Assembly (NCBI GenBank): GCA_025351385.1
Contig: JANXWA010000034.1
Coordinates: 30,406-94,405, forward strand
Source of the DNA: Acidimicrobiales bacterium
Lineage (GTDB): Bacteria; Actinomycetota; Acidimicrobiia; Acidimicrobiales; RAAP-2
Direction: 5' to 3'
DNA length: 64,000 bases
Numbering within the stretch: position 1 is the first letter of the stretch; the number at the start of each line of letters is the position of its first letter. A program made the translations under genes and the position numbers. The notes below the pieces were generated by a model. The model did no database searches and had not been told where the DNA came from. It saw only the letters and a program-made list of their open reading frames with translations. Below are positions 8,709-17,158 of the stretch, piece by piece.

Positions 8709-9647
8709 CTACCTGTCCGTGCGCTTCATCCCGGATCGCTGGCCCCGGGCCACGAAGGAGTTGGCGATCTTGGCCGACGCCTCATCAATCATCTCGTCGC
8801 CGAACATGACCGCGCCAGTGTGCTCGGTCTCGGTGGCGACGCGATAGGCGTCGAGGATGTCGAAGGACTTGTCAAAGAGCGCCTGGCTCGGGGAGTAGAC
8901 CTCGTTCAAGACGAGTGCCTGGTCCGGGGTGAGCGCCCACTTCCCGTCGAAACCGTACGAGGCCGTGATGGTCGCAGCGAAACGTAGCGCGTCGAGGTCA
9001 CGGACCTTCAAGAAGGGGCCGTCAATGACGTGCAGGCCGTTCGCACGCCCTGCCATCAGGATCTTCGCGAAGACGTAACTGAAGGGGTTGGACGGCGCAT
9101 CGTGAATGGTCTCGTCGATCGTCGTGACGGGCATCCCGATGGAGGCGGCGAAGTCGGCCGGCCCGAAGACGATCGACTCGAGGCGCCCCGAGGCCGCACA
9201 GATCTCCTCGACGTTGATGAGACCTTGCGCGGTCTCGATCTGAGCCTCGATGCCGATGTGGCCGATCTCGAGCCCGGCGTTTCGCTCCACCTGAGTGAGG
9301 AGCAGGTCCATCGCGACGACGTCGGAGGCCCGCTGGACCTTGGGCATCATGATCTCGTCGAGTCGCGGCCCGGCGTTACCCACGACGTCGATCACGTCGC
9401 CGTAGGTCCACGGCGTGTCCCAGGCGTTGACGCGCACGCAGAGGACCCGATCGTCCCAGTCGAAGTTGCGGATGGCGTCGACCACCTTGGCGCGAGCGGC
9501 GATCTTCTCGTTGGGGGCCACCGAGTCCTCGAGGTCGAGGAAAGAGAAGTCGGCCGTCGCGGTCGGGGCCTTGGCGAGGAATCGGTTCGACGACCCCGGC
9601 GTCGAGAGACAGGAACGACGGGGCAGGTTGCGTGAGCGCTGGGACAT
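8709..9647 (-). CDS. HpcH/CitE-type acyl-CoA lyase (L-malyl-CoA/beta-methylmalyl-CoA lyase-like)
   Basis: ORF 8709..9710; ATG at 9647 (MSQRSRNLPRRSCLSTPG). FLDLEDSVAP...DW...VRVNAWDTPW...RLDEIMMPKV closely follows the Mcl/CitE pattern. Confidence 0.8.
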   Translation of the reverse strand: MSQRSRNLPRRSCLSTPGSSNRFLAKAPTATADFSFLDLEDSVAPNEKIAARAKVVDAIRNFDWDDRVLCVRVNAWDTPWTYGDVIDVVGNAGPRLDEIMMPKVQRASDVVAMDLLLTQVERNAGLEIGHIGIEAQIETAQGLINVEEICAASGRLESIVFGPADFAASIGMPVTTIDETIHDAPSNPFSYVFAKILMAGRANGLHVIDGPFLKVRDLDALRFAATITASYGFDGKWALTPDQALVLNEVYSPSQALFDKSFDILDAYRVATETEHTGAVMFGDEMIDEASAKIANSFVARGQRSGMKRTDR

Positions 9648-9798
9648 GCGCAGAAGCCTATTCTCGGCACCTGCGGTGTCTGTTCCTCGTCGAATCGCAC
9701 GCCAACTCAAAAGCTTTCACCATTGTTGATCAGGTGCTTCAGAGATTGCTCGCAACCACGGGACTACAAAGCCCGGACCGAGCCGGTAGGGTTGTCGC

Positions 9799-10902
9799 GT
9801 GACAAACGTCGTGCGCGATGCGCCTCCGACGCTACGGCCGGCAAGGGAACTTAGGCAGTTCCGATGGATCGTCTCCATTCTGGCTGTCGTCGCAGTGTGT
9901 GGTGGCACTGTGGCCATCTCTCCTCATACCTCCGGGGCCGCGTCGATCTCCACCGACCGGGCGAAGGCGGCCGCGCTGCTGAAGCAGATCAACACGATCA
10001 ACGGTCAGGTCGGGCGGTTGGGCCAGCGCTTCGACCAGGCCCAGCTGAAGCTCCACCAGATCGAAAATGAGATCACCAACACGAAAGCGGTCGTCGCTTC
10101 GATCCAGGGCAAGCTGGACAAGGGCAACCTGCAGCTGCGCGCCGACGCGGTCTTCGCCTACGTGACCAACGGCTCGGCCGCCAGCAGCAACCCCCTCTTC
10201 TCCCCCAACGCCGCCCAGGTCGGCGCCACCAACGTTTACAACCAGCTCGCCGAGGGGAACATCTCGACGACGTTGGCAAACCTGAAGAACTACCGGATCA
10301 AACTGACCCAAGAGCGCAGCATCCTGGCCGCCGAGGACGCCGCGGCCACGTCCAACACGAGGGTGGCCGCGACGACCTTCCACTCCTACAAGCTGCTCCA
10401 GGCGTCGTTCAGGAACGCCCTGGCCCAGGTGAAGGGCCAGATTGCGACCTACATCGCCCAGGCCCAGGCCGCCGCCGCGGCGAAGAGCGCCGCCACGCTC
10501 TCGAGCGCGCCGGTCAACTCCGGCTTCCCGGCGCCGCCTCCGGACTCGCGCGCCAACATCGCCATCGACGCCGCGATGAGCTACATCGGCGTCTGGTACT
10601 CGTGGGGCGGAGCGAGCCGTTCGGGCGTCGACTGCTCGGGCCTCATCATGCTGGCCTACAACGCGGCCGGCATCCACCTGTCGCACTACTCCGGCGCGCA
10701 GTACAACGAAACGATGCGTGTGCCCCTGTGGAACATCCAGCCGGGCGACCTGCTCTTCTACGGCTACCACGGCGACGAGCACGAGTCGATGTACATCGGC
10801 CACAACGAGATGATCGAGGCTCCCTTCACGGGCTCCAGGGTGCACATCACGCCGGTTCGCCTCGGCTACGGATTCGCTGGAATCGGTCGCCCCCGGGGCT
10901 AG
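9799..10902 (+). CDS. NlpC/P60 (C40) peptidoglycan endopeptidase with N-terminal coiled coil (RipA-like)
   Basis: TM/signal sequence, coiled-coil region, C-terminal WGGASRSGVDCSGLIMLAY...GDLLFY...HESMYIG. TAGGGT-N6-GTG upstream. Confidence 0.85.
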   Translation: MTNVVRDAPPTLRPARELRQFRWIVSILAVVAVCGGTVAISPHTSGAASISTDRAKAAALLKQINTINGQVGRLGQRFDQAQLKLHQIENEITNTKAVVASIQGKLDKGNLQLRADAVFAYVTNGSAASSNPLFSPNAAQVGATNVYNQLAEGNISTTLANLKNYRIKLTQERSILAAEDAAATSNTRVAATTFHSYKLLQASFRNALAQVKGQIATYIAQAQAAAAAKSAATLSSAPVNSGFPAPPPDSRANIAIDAAMSYIGVWYSWGGASRSGVDCSGLIMLAYNAAGIHLSHYSGAQYNETMRVPLWNIQPGDLLFYGYHGDEHESMYIGHNEMIEAPFTGSRVHITPVRLGYGFAGIGRPRG

Positions 10903-10904
10903 GG

Positions 10905-11675
10905 GTGCCGGGCGCTCTCACCTCGTTCCACCTCGGCCCACTCGTCTTCCACCTCTACGGCTTCGGCCTCGCGATCGCCGCGTACGTCTCGTACCTCTAC
11001 GCGCGCCGTCGTTTGGCGCAACGGGGCTTCGACGTCTCGCCCTTCGCGAAGTTCGCCGTGGCGCTGGTCGTGAGCGGACTGGTCGGCGCACGCCTCGCGC
11101 ACATCGCCACTAACTGGGGCTACTACTCGGGCCACCCCGCGCAGTGGGTCGCCGTGTGGCAGGGTGGCCTCGCCAGCTTCGGCGGACTCGCTCTCGCCGT
11201 GCCGGTCGGCCTCAGCTTGCAGCGCCGCTGGTGGCCCGCCAGCTCGATCGCGCGATTCACGGACGCGCTCGTGCCAGCCCTCATCGCCGGCTGGGCGCTC
11301 GGCCGAGTGCTCGGACCCCAGTTCATGGTGAACGGCGGAGGGCACCTGACCCACCAGTGGTTCGGACTTCCCTACTCCGGCCAGTTCGGCCGACGAGTTC
11401 CCGTACCGCTCATCCAAGGCGCCGAGGATGCTCTCCTATGGTTGAGCCTCCTCGGGTTCGAACGGCGCTGGCGGTCCCGTCCCGTCGGGCTGATCACTGC
11501 GGTCGCCATGATCGTCTGGGGGATCGTACGTTCCGTCGACGAGCGCCTCTTGTTGGGCCAACAGTCCCACAGCGGATCGGTCGGGGTCCAGTTCGCCGGA
11601 CTGGCACTGGCCATCGGAGGCACCGTGCTGTTGGTACGTACGACTAGAACAGCGCGTTCCACTCTTGATCGTTGA
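10905..11675 (+). CDS. lgt: Prolipoprotein diacylglyceryl transferase
   Basis: In ORF 10602..11675. GTG at 10905 lies just after the upstream stop. FHLYGFGLAIAAYVSY...GARLAHI...GGLASFGG motif pattern of Lgt. Confidence 0.75.
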   Translation: MPGALTSFHLGPLVFHLYGFGLAIAAYVSYLYARRRLAQRGFDVSPFAKFAVALVVSGLVGARLAHIATNWGYYSGHPAQWVAVWQGGLASFGGLALAVPVGLSLQRRWWPASSIARFTDALVPALIAGWALGRVLGPQFMVNGGGHLTHQWFGLPYSGQFGRRVPVPLIQGAEDALLWLSLLGFERRWRSRPVGLITAVAMIVWGIVRSVDERLLLGQQSHSGSVGVQFAGLALAIGGTVLLVRTTRTARSTLDR

Positions 11676-12651
11676 GAAGTCCCAGACGGCCCAACGTCTC
11701 GGTCGCGACGGGAAGCATCACTCGCGCGTCGTCGATGTACGACACGTGGTCGAGGCCGAGCCTGCGCCACGCCTGGAATAGATGACGTGACGTCGTCGGA
11801 TTCGAATAGATCGCGCGAACGAGGGCTCCCACGTCGTTCGCGGCCACGACGAGCGCCGGACGCTCCTTGGACCTCTGCTCGGGGATCGTAGGGTCGACGG
11901 CGTCGAAGGGGACCTCGGCGAGGACGACCCATCCGACAAGTGGGTGATCGGGGTTGAACCGCTCCAATTCAACGGGGGTCAAGAGAAGGCGTCGCCGTTC
12001 CAACGCGACCGGCGAGGTCGCCGCACCGCTCTGCGGCGACGGCGCCGACTCGGATCGTTTGGCCTTCGTCGGACGGGCCGGCCGCAGCGACGACGGACCT
12101 TTCTTTCGCTGCTTCTCCTGCTCTCGACGGGCCCGGCGCTGCTCACGAATCTCAGGGTCGGTCACCTTGGGCACCACCAGTGATGTCGTCGCAATCACGT
12201 CGGGTAGGGCCGGTAACTCGAACTGCACCCGTTCGGCGAGGAGGCGACGACAGTGCGCGGCCGCGGCGAATTCCTCAACCACCGCGAAAGCGAGCAGTGC
12301 CACGATGTCGTCCACGCGGCAGCCGTCGCCGAGCAGTTGGTCTACCGCGGCCTGCAATGCATCGAAGGAGGGATTGTCGGATTCGTCTCCCAGCACTGCC
12401 ACGACCTTCTCGAGTGGATCGAGGGCCATCAGCTCGAGCAGCGCGTGCAGAGCCGCGATGGGCGCGGTCGTGGCAAACGTCGTCACGTCACGACGCTGTT
12501 GCAGGTTACGCAGTGGAATGCCGACGACGGCGCTGACTTTGCCGTGACCTCGAAGGTCCAACGAGTCGACGGCCCCGAGCGTCGTGGCGGGGTCGATCTT
12601 CAAGAAGGTCCGTCGGACGATCTCGGTCGAGCTGGCGGTGGACGGAGACAT
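11644..12651 (-). CDS. Hypothetical protein: helical N-domain, basic low-complexity linker, C-terminal MazF/PemK-like domain
   Basis: 335-aa ORF with high GC3. C-terminus GWVVLAEVPFD...KERPALVVAAND...LVRAIYSNP...SYIDDARVMLPV..LGRLGLL resembles the PemK/MazF SH3-like barrel pattern. AGGAA RBS. Confidence 0.6.
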   Translation of the reverse strand: MSPSTASSTEIVRRTFLKIDPATTLGAVDSLDLRGHGKVSAVVGIPLRNLQQRRDVTTFATTAPIAALHALLELMALDPLEKVVAVLGDESDNPSFDALQAAVDQLLGDGCRVDDIVALLAFAVVEEFAAAAHCRRLLAERVQFELPALPDVIATTSLVVPKVTDPEIREQRRARREQEKQRKKGPSSLRPARPTKAKRSESAPSPQSGAATSPVALERRRLLLTPVELERFNPDHPLVGWVVLAEVPFDAVDPTIPEQRSKERPALVVAANDVGALVRAIYSNPTTSRHLFQAWRRLGLDHVSYIDDARVMLPVATETLGRLGLLNDQEWNALF

Positions 12652-13082
12652 TGATTCCTATCTCGCCGGTTGCGCAGAGAAGTTCGAGTGTCCTGCCTGA
12701 TCAGGGCTATCGCTGACCCGAACGCCTCGGACACTCGATGCCAGTCCCTGGCGGTGGCGAGACGGCGTCAGTCGGTCCCACGAGCAAAAGTCCATGCACC
12801 ACAATAACCGTCCCCGCCAACCGGACAATCTCCTCACGGGCGAGCACTGGAACCAAGGGGACCATCCACCCTTAAGGTGGAAGCAATTGGCGTCACCTGA
12901 AGAACATCGGTGACCGCGGAGTTGGATTGCGTAGCTGGAGCAGTAGCGACGTGAGGGGCTGGCGGGCACCAAACTGCAGGTGTCAGTCGTCGCAGCCGGC
13001 ATCACGGTGACCGGGATTGAGGGTCTTGCCATCCACACCGCTCGGCGATCGCCCACCAGTCGCAGCATCGTTGGGAGCCGTC
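12652..13082. other. Long ORF-free, lower-GC, helix-rich intergenic region (candidate cis-regulatory or non-coding RNA)
   Basis: 431 nt between divergent genes. Perfect 10-bp stem 12684-12693/12729-12738. Nested helices 12813-12819/12960-12966 and 12830-12838/12950-12958 enclose hairpins at 12865-12881 and 12892-12914. Confidence 0.3.
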
Positions 13083-14504
13083 ATGACTGACGACCTCTCG
13101 ATCCGCTTGACGCCACGCGCGGCGGCCCGTCTCGACCGTCTCCCGCCGACCGCCTGGCTACGCGGGATCCTGGCACTTCTGTTCTTGAGCTGGTTCGTGG
13201 AGGCCTACGACATCGGCCTCACCGGCGCGGTCCTGCCATCGCTCACCCACCAGTACGCGCTCGGTACCGCCATGAAGGTCTTCGTGGCGATTAGCGCGAA
13301 CATCGGCATCGTCATCGGGATCCTGCCCGCCGGGCGCCTCGCGGACCGTTTCGGGAGGCGCCGAGTGCTCATCGCCGGTACTGCCGCCTATGCCGTGTTG
13401 ACCTTCGCGGTCGGCCTCGCGCCCGGGATTGGCTGGTTCATTGGGCTGCGAATGCTCGACGGAATGGCCATGGGCGCGGTCTTCCCGCTCCCGTACGTGT
13501 TCGCATCGGAGATCTGTCCCCCGAGTCGGCGAGGGCGTTTCACCGGATGGGCCGACTCTTGCCTCTCGATTGGCTACTTTCTCTCTCCGCTCGTGGCCCT
13601 TCTCTTGATACCGGACGTCGCCAACACGACGGGTTGGCGCATCATGTTCCTCATCGGCGGGCTGCCGGTCGTGTTCGCGATCGTCGCGTGGCGCTATCTG
13701 CCCGAGTCCCCACGCTGGCTCGAGTCCAAGGGTCGCTTCGCCGAGGCGAACGCCATCCTCGTCCGCTTCGAGGAGAGGACTGAACGGGCCCTCGGCCACC
13801 CGCTGCCAGCCCTCGGACCGGACGAGGTTCCCCGGCGCGGCCCGACTCAGAGGGGCTTCCGAGCGCTGATGACCCCTCCGATGCGGCGCCGGACGTTGAC
13901 ACTCTGGGCGACCTTCGGCGGAACCTTCTTCGTCTTCTACTCGATCCAGACGTTCATGCCCACCGTCGTGAACCAGATGGGCTTCCCGCTCACCTCGGCA
14001 TTCGCCTTCACCGCAATCATCGTGGGCGCGTCGATACCGGGCAAGTTCTTCGAGGCCTGGGTGGTCGAGCGCTGGGGCCGCCGGCCGGTCATCATCGGCT
14101 TCACCCTCGCCGCCGCGATTGCAGCGATCATCTTCGGCTTCGTCCGCGGAGCCGTTCCGGTCCTGCTCCTGGGCTGTCTCATGTCCTTCTTCGGCATCGG
14201 CGTCGACCCGGCGGTGAAGACCTACACGGCAGAGAGCTACCCGACGGAGTACCGAGCATGGGGCACCGCCACGACCGAAGGGTTCGGGCGACTCATCTCG
14301 GGCGTCGCCGGTCCGGCGCTCATTCCGATACTCCTCGACAACTTCGGAGTCGGCGCGGTCTTCGCCCTCGTCGGCGGCGTCGCCCTGATCGCCGTGTTTA
14401 TCGTTGTGCGGTTCGGCCACGAGACGGTGGGTATGACCCTCGAGAACAGTTCGACGCCCGAACTGCGCCCTTCTTCCACCAAGCCGCAACTGGCCGTCGC
14501 CTGA
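13083..14504 (+). CDS. MFS transporter (metabolite:H+ symporter / NiaP-SV2-like subgroup)
   Basis: In ORF 13017..14504; ATG at 13083 with GGGAG RBS. RLDRLPPTAW...YDIGLTGAVLP...GRLADRFGRRRVL; 12-TM pattern. Confidence 0.8.
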   Translation: MTDDLSIRLTPRAAARLDRLPPTAWLRGILALLFLSWFVEAYDIGLTGAVLPSLTHQYALGTAMKVFVAISANIGIVIGILPAGRLADRFGRRRVLIAGTAAYAVLTFAVGLAPGIGWFIGLRMLDGMAMGAVFPLPYVFASEICPPSRRGRFTGWADSCLSIGYFLSPLVALLLIPDVANTTGWRIMFLIGGLPVVFAIVAWRYLPESPRWLESKGRFAEANAILVRFEERTERALGHPLPALGPDEVPRRGPTQRGFRALMTPPMRRRTLTLWATFGGTFFVFYSIQTFMPTVVNQMGFPLTSAFAFTAIIVGASIPGKFFEAWVVERWGRRPVIIGFTLAAAIAAIIFGFVRGAVPVLLLGCLMSFFGIGVDPAVKTYTAESYPTEYRAWGTATTEGFGRLISGVAGPALIPILLDNFGVGAVFALVGGVALIAVFIVVRFGHETVGMTLENSSTPELRPSSTKPQLAVA

Positions 14505-14662
14505 TCCTTGTTGCCGCGTAACGACGGTGCGAATTCAGTTACTCGGCGAACAGTCACGCGCCACCATCGCGAGACCCCGGTGCTAGCGTTCGAAAAAGGT
14601 CCTTCACCGTGTCCCGTAGCCGTGCGACGCAGTGATGGCGACGTCAAAAGAGGAGTGGGATC

Positions 14663-15547
14663 GTGCGAAGGCTGCTCGTGGTACTCGGGGTTGTCGTGGC
14701 GTCACTGGGCCTGTCCGCGTGTGGCAGTAGCACCAAGGCGACCATCAACGAGTCCGTCGCCTCTTTGGGCGCTTCGACGTATCTCCAGATCCACCTCACC
14801 GGTGCCGTCTCCGGCGCAGGTATGGCCAGCGCCCAGAAGGTCCTGAAGGGCATGTCCGTCGACATGCGCTATCAGAACCCTTCCGGAGGTCCCCTCTCGC
14901 AGGCGAACGACAAGGTCAACGGTGAAGTCGTCTTTAACGTCGCGGGTCAGGCCTTCGCCGACATCCGGGTGGTCGACTCGAACGTCTACCTGAAGGTCGA
15001 CCTGTCGAGTCTGACCTCCATCCCGGGCCTCAACGTCACTCCGGCGCAACTGGCCAGCGCCCAGCTCCTGTTGGGCGGTCGTTGGTTCGAACTGTCGAAG
15101 GACCTGCTCACTTCTTTGGCCGCACCGTCGGCCGCAGCGTCCAAGGCGAGGGCGGCCGCGAATCAGGCCGTGGCCAGGAGGGTCATTGACGCCATCGTCG
15201 GAGTGATCGACTCGACGCCCGCGAAGGCGCTGTCGGGCGGCGGCTACTCCGAAACGGGCACGCTCAAGTCGATTGCGGACGCGGTCGCACCGACGATCCA
15301 GAGCATCACCCACTCGACGAAGGGTCCCGGCTCGGTGAAGGGTACCTACACTTTGACGCTCACGACGTCGGGAACGACCGCTACGGGCGCGTCGATCTCC
15401 ATCACCGCGCCGAACGGCTCCAAGGGTGACGCCACCGTGAGCCTGTCGGCCACCGTCGCGCACGCCAACGACGCCGTCGCGGCCCCGAGCGGCGCGACAC
15501 TGATTACGCCAGCGCTGCTGAAGATGTTCCAGTCGTCGGCCGGCTGA
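14663..15547 (+). CDS. Lipoprotein of unknown function
   Basis: Signal peptide plus lipobox MRRLLVVLGVVVASLGLSAC|GSS. GAGGAG RBS. Confidence 0.7.
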   Translation: MRRLLVVLGVVVASLGLSACGSSTKATINESVASLGASTYLQIHLTGAVSGAGMASAQKVLKGMSVDMRYQNPSGGPLSQANDKVNGEVVFNVAGQAFADIRVVDSNVYLKVDLSSLTSIPGLNVTPAQLASAQLLLGGRWFELSKDLLTSLAAPSAAASKARAAANQAVARRVIDAIVGVIDSTPAKALSGGGYSETGTLKSIADAVAPTIQSITHSTKGPGSVKGTYTLTLTTSGTTATGASISITAPNGSKGDATVSLSATVAHANDAVAAPSGATLITPALLKMFQSSAG

Positions 15548-15584
15548 GCCGACCGTCCTCGCTCGACGCCCACAGGGCCGAGCC

Positions 15585-15700
15585 TCATCGGCGCTGCTGC
15601 ACCAGCGGCTTGGCGATGACGACGCGTTGGATCTGGTTCTTGCTCCACCCCGTGAATGCTTCAAGGGAACCTCACGAGACCGCCAAGTCCACGATCGTCC
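15585..15700 (-). pseudogene. Decayed C-terminal remnant of an acyl-CoA dehydrogenase gene
   Basis: Reverse-strand reading gives ...SLEAFTGWSKNQIQRVVIAKPLVQQRR*. Compare the intact paralog end ...TQIYEGTNQIQRVVIAKHLLK* at 17159. Upstream, LGGLVRFP* sits in another frame with in-frame stops. Confidence 0.45.
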
Positions 15701-15816
15701 ACTTCTTGGATACTGACAAGTGATGACGGGCCAGCGGGCCAATTGTCCGACCTTCAGCACCCTGAAGACATTGGGAATCGATGCAGCGCCGCAGTAGAGG
15801 GTACGCAACGACGTGA

Positions 15817-16893
15817 CTAGGCTTCGACGAACCCAGTCCAATTCCTCATGTAGTCCACGAAGGGTTCGCCCAGACCCTCGACCTTGAGGACGGATCGCGA
15901 AACTGGCAACAACCGCATGTGAGCCTCGGGGTCGGCCTCAATCATCCTCGGAAAGTCGTGGTTCGTGATCGCCGCACGGCCAATGGCCACCAAGTCGGCC
16001 CCGGCCTCGAGCGCACGACGAACGTCCGCGCCTGAATAGAGCTTGCCTGCCACCGAAAGGCGGGTAGTGCCGCGGTCGAAGCGAGTGAAGAGCTCGAGCA
16101 GAGACTGTCCCTCGAACTCGGGGTCCACCGCGGTCTTGAAGACATCCCACATCGAGAGGTCGACGAAATCCAATTGGTTCGTGTCGTTGAGGGAGCGGTA
16201 CAGCTCGATGATCTCCGCGGTGCGCATGCCGAAGCGCTCGGGTGAGAGACGGATCGACAGATTGAAGTCGTCGCCGCACACGCGGCGCACGCCGTCGATG
16301 ATCTCGAACAGGATTCTCGAGCGGTTCTCGAACGACCCCCCATACCGGTCAGTACGGACATTGAATCCGGCGTTGAGGAACTGACAAAGGATGTAGTCGT
16401 GCGCTCCGTGCAGCTGAACACCGTCGAATCCCGCACGCTCGCATCTCAGCGCCGCGGCGACGAAGTCGCTGACCAACTCCTCCACCTCACTAGTGGTGAG
16501 CGAACGCGCTCTGGTCTCGGTGTCGTCAGCCGGTGCGACGGGCGCCTGACCGGTCAACTCCGTCGGTGAGCGGCGCCCCGCGTGGTGCAACTGGACAATC
16601 GCAATGCAGTCATTGTCCTTGATGCCGCGCGCCAGACGCGAGAGTCCTTCGAGGTGCGTGTCGCTGAAGCAGCCGAGTTGACCGGGGAAACCCTGGCCCT
16701 GGGCCTGCACGTGTGACGCACAGGTCATCACCTGTCCGAACCCCCCTTGTGCTCGCATCGTCAGCCACCGGTACTCGTCATCACCCAGTGTCCCATCAAC
16801 GTTGCTCTGTTGATTCGTGAGCGGAGCAAGGCTGAAGCGATTCTTCATCACCAAACCATGCGAGAACTCAACCTTCTCGAATGCAGAAACCAT
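15817..16893 (-). CDS. NADH:flavin oxidoreductase (Old Yellow Enzyme family)
   Basis: LKNRFSLAPLTNQQS...IVQLHHAGRRS...GFDGVQLHGAHDYILCQFL pattern. AAGGTGGAG RBS. Confidence 0.85.
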   Translation of the reverse strand: MVSAFEKVEFSHGLVMKNRFSLAPLTNQQSNVDGTLGDDEYRWLTMRAQGGFGQVMTCASHVQAQGQGFPGQLGCFSDTHLEGLSRLARGIKDNDCIAIVQLHHAGRRSPTELTGQAPVAPADDTETRARSLTTSEVEELVSDFVAAALRCERAGFDGVQLHGAHDYILCQFLNAGFNVRTDRYGGSFENRSRILFEIIDGVRRVCGDDFNLSIRLSPERFGMRTAEIIELYRSLNDTNQLDFVDLSMWDVFKTAVDPEFEGQSLLELFTRFDRGTTRLSVAGKLYSGADVRRALEAGADLVAIGRAAITNHDFPRMIEADPEAHMRLLPVSRSVLKVEGLGEPFVDYMRNWTGFVEA

Positions 16894-17158
16894 GACTCCA
16901 CCTTTACTCGCTCTGGGGATCGACTCAATTCAAAACACCTGAATGTCCGCCTCGCCCGCCGGGGACACGCCGTCTCGACTGAGACCAAGTAACTGGCGCA
17001 CAAATGAAGGACCGCCGGGTTGACTGTCTCATTGTGGGACAGGGCAGTTTCAGGAGGTGAGCGCAATCGTCTCAAGGACGAACCCCACCATCGCCATCTT
17101 CGGTGACGACCACCCCCTGAGCGGTCTGTCGCGGACGCCTTGTGTTGTATGGAAATCG

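Noticed and set aside
9648-9798. A ydaO-type c-di-AMP riboswitch upstream of the NlpC/P60 hydrolase, a common pairing in Actinobacteria.
   Set aside because: No GGGGUGAAUC or CCGACAGCUAACCUCG-type core motifs are present. The TAGGGT-N6-GTG geometry suggests the gene is leaderless, leaving no 5' UTR.
10602-10904. Long N-terminal extensions of lgt (10602..) and ilvN (..56753) that overlap the preceding genes.
   Set aside because: The extensions are out-of-frame read-throughs of NlpC/P60 and ilvB respectively. Homology starts at GTG 10905 and GTG 56477, the latter forming a GTGA stop/start overlap.
12658-13068. A 136-aa reverse-strand ORF filling the long intergenic region.
   Set aside because: It is Cys/Trp/Ser/Arg-rich, lacks the GC3 bias seen in real genes here, and has no recognisable domain. 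I treated the region as non-coding.
12652-13082. RNase P RNA, tmRNA, SRP RNA, cobalamin, ykkC or SAM riboswitch as identities for the structured region. An AAAGUCC-like string at 12787-12793 prompted the RNase P idea.
   Set aside because: The hallmark motifs are missing on both strands. There is no GGUAAGAG/ACAGAA-CCGGCUUA set for RNase P. There is no GGUUCGAUUCC...CCACCA for tmRNA. There is no GGGAA/GGUG..AAUCC/GCCACUG B12 box and no ykkC or SAM-I core. Its identity remains open.
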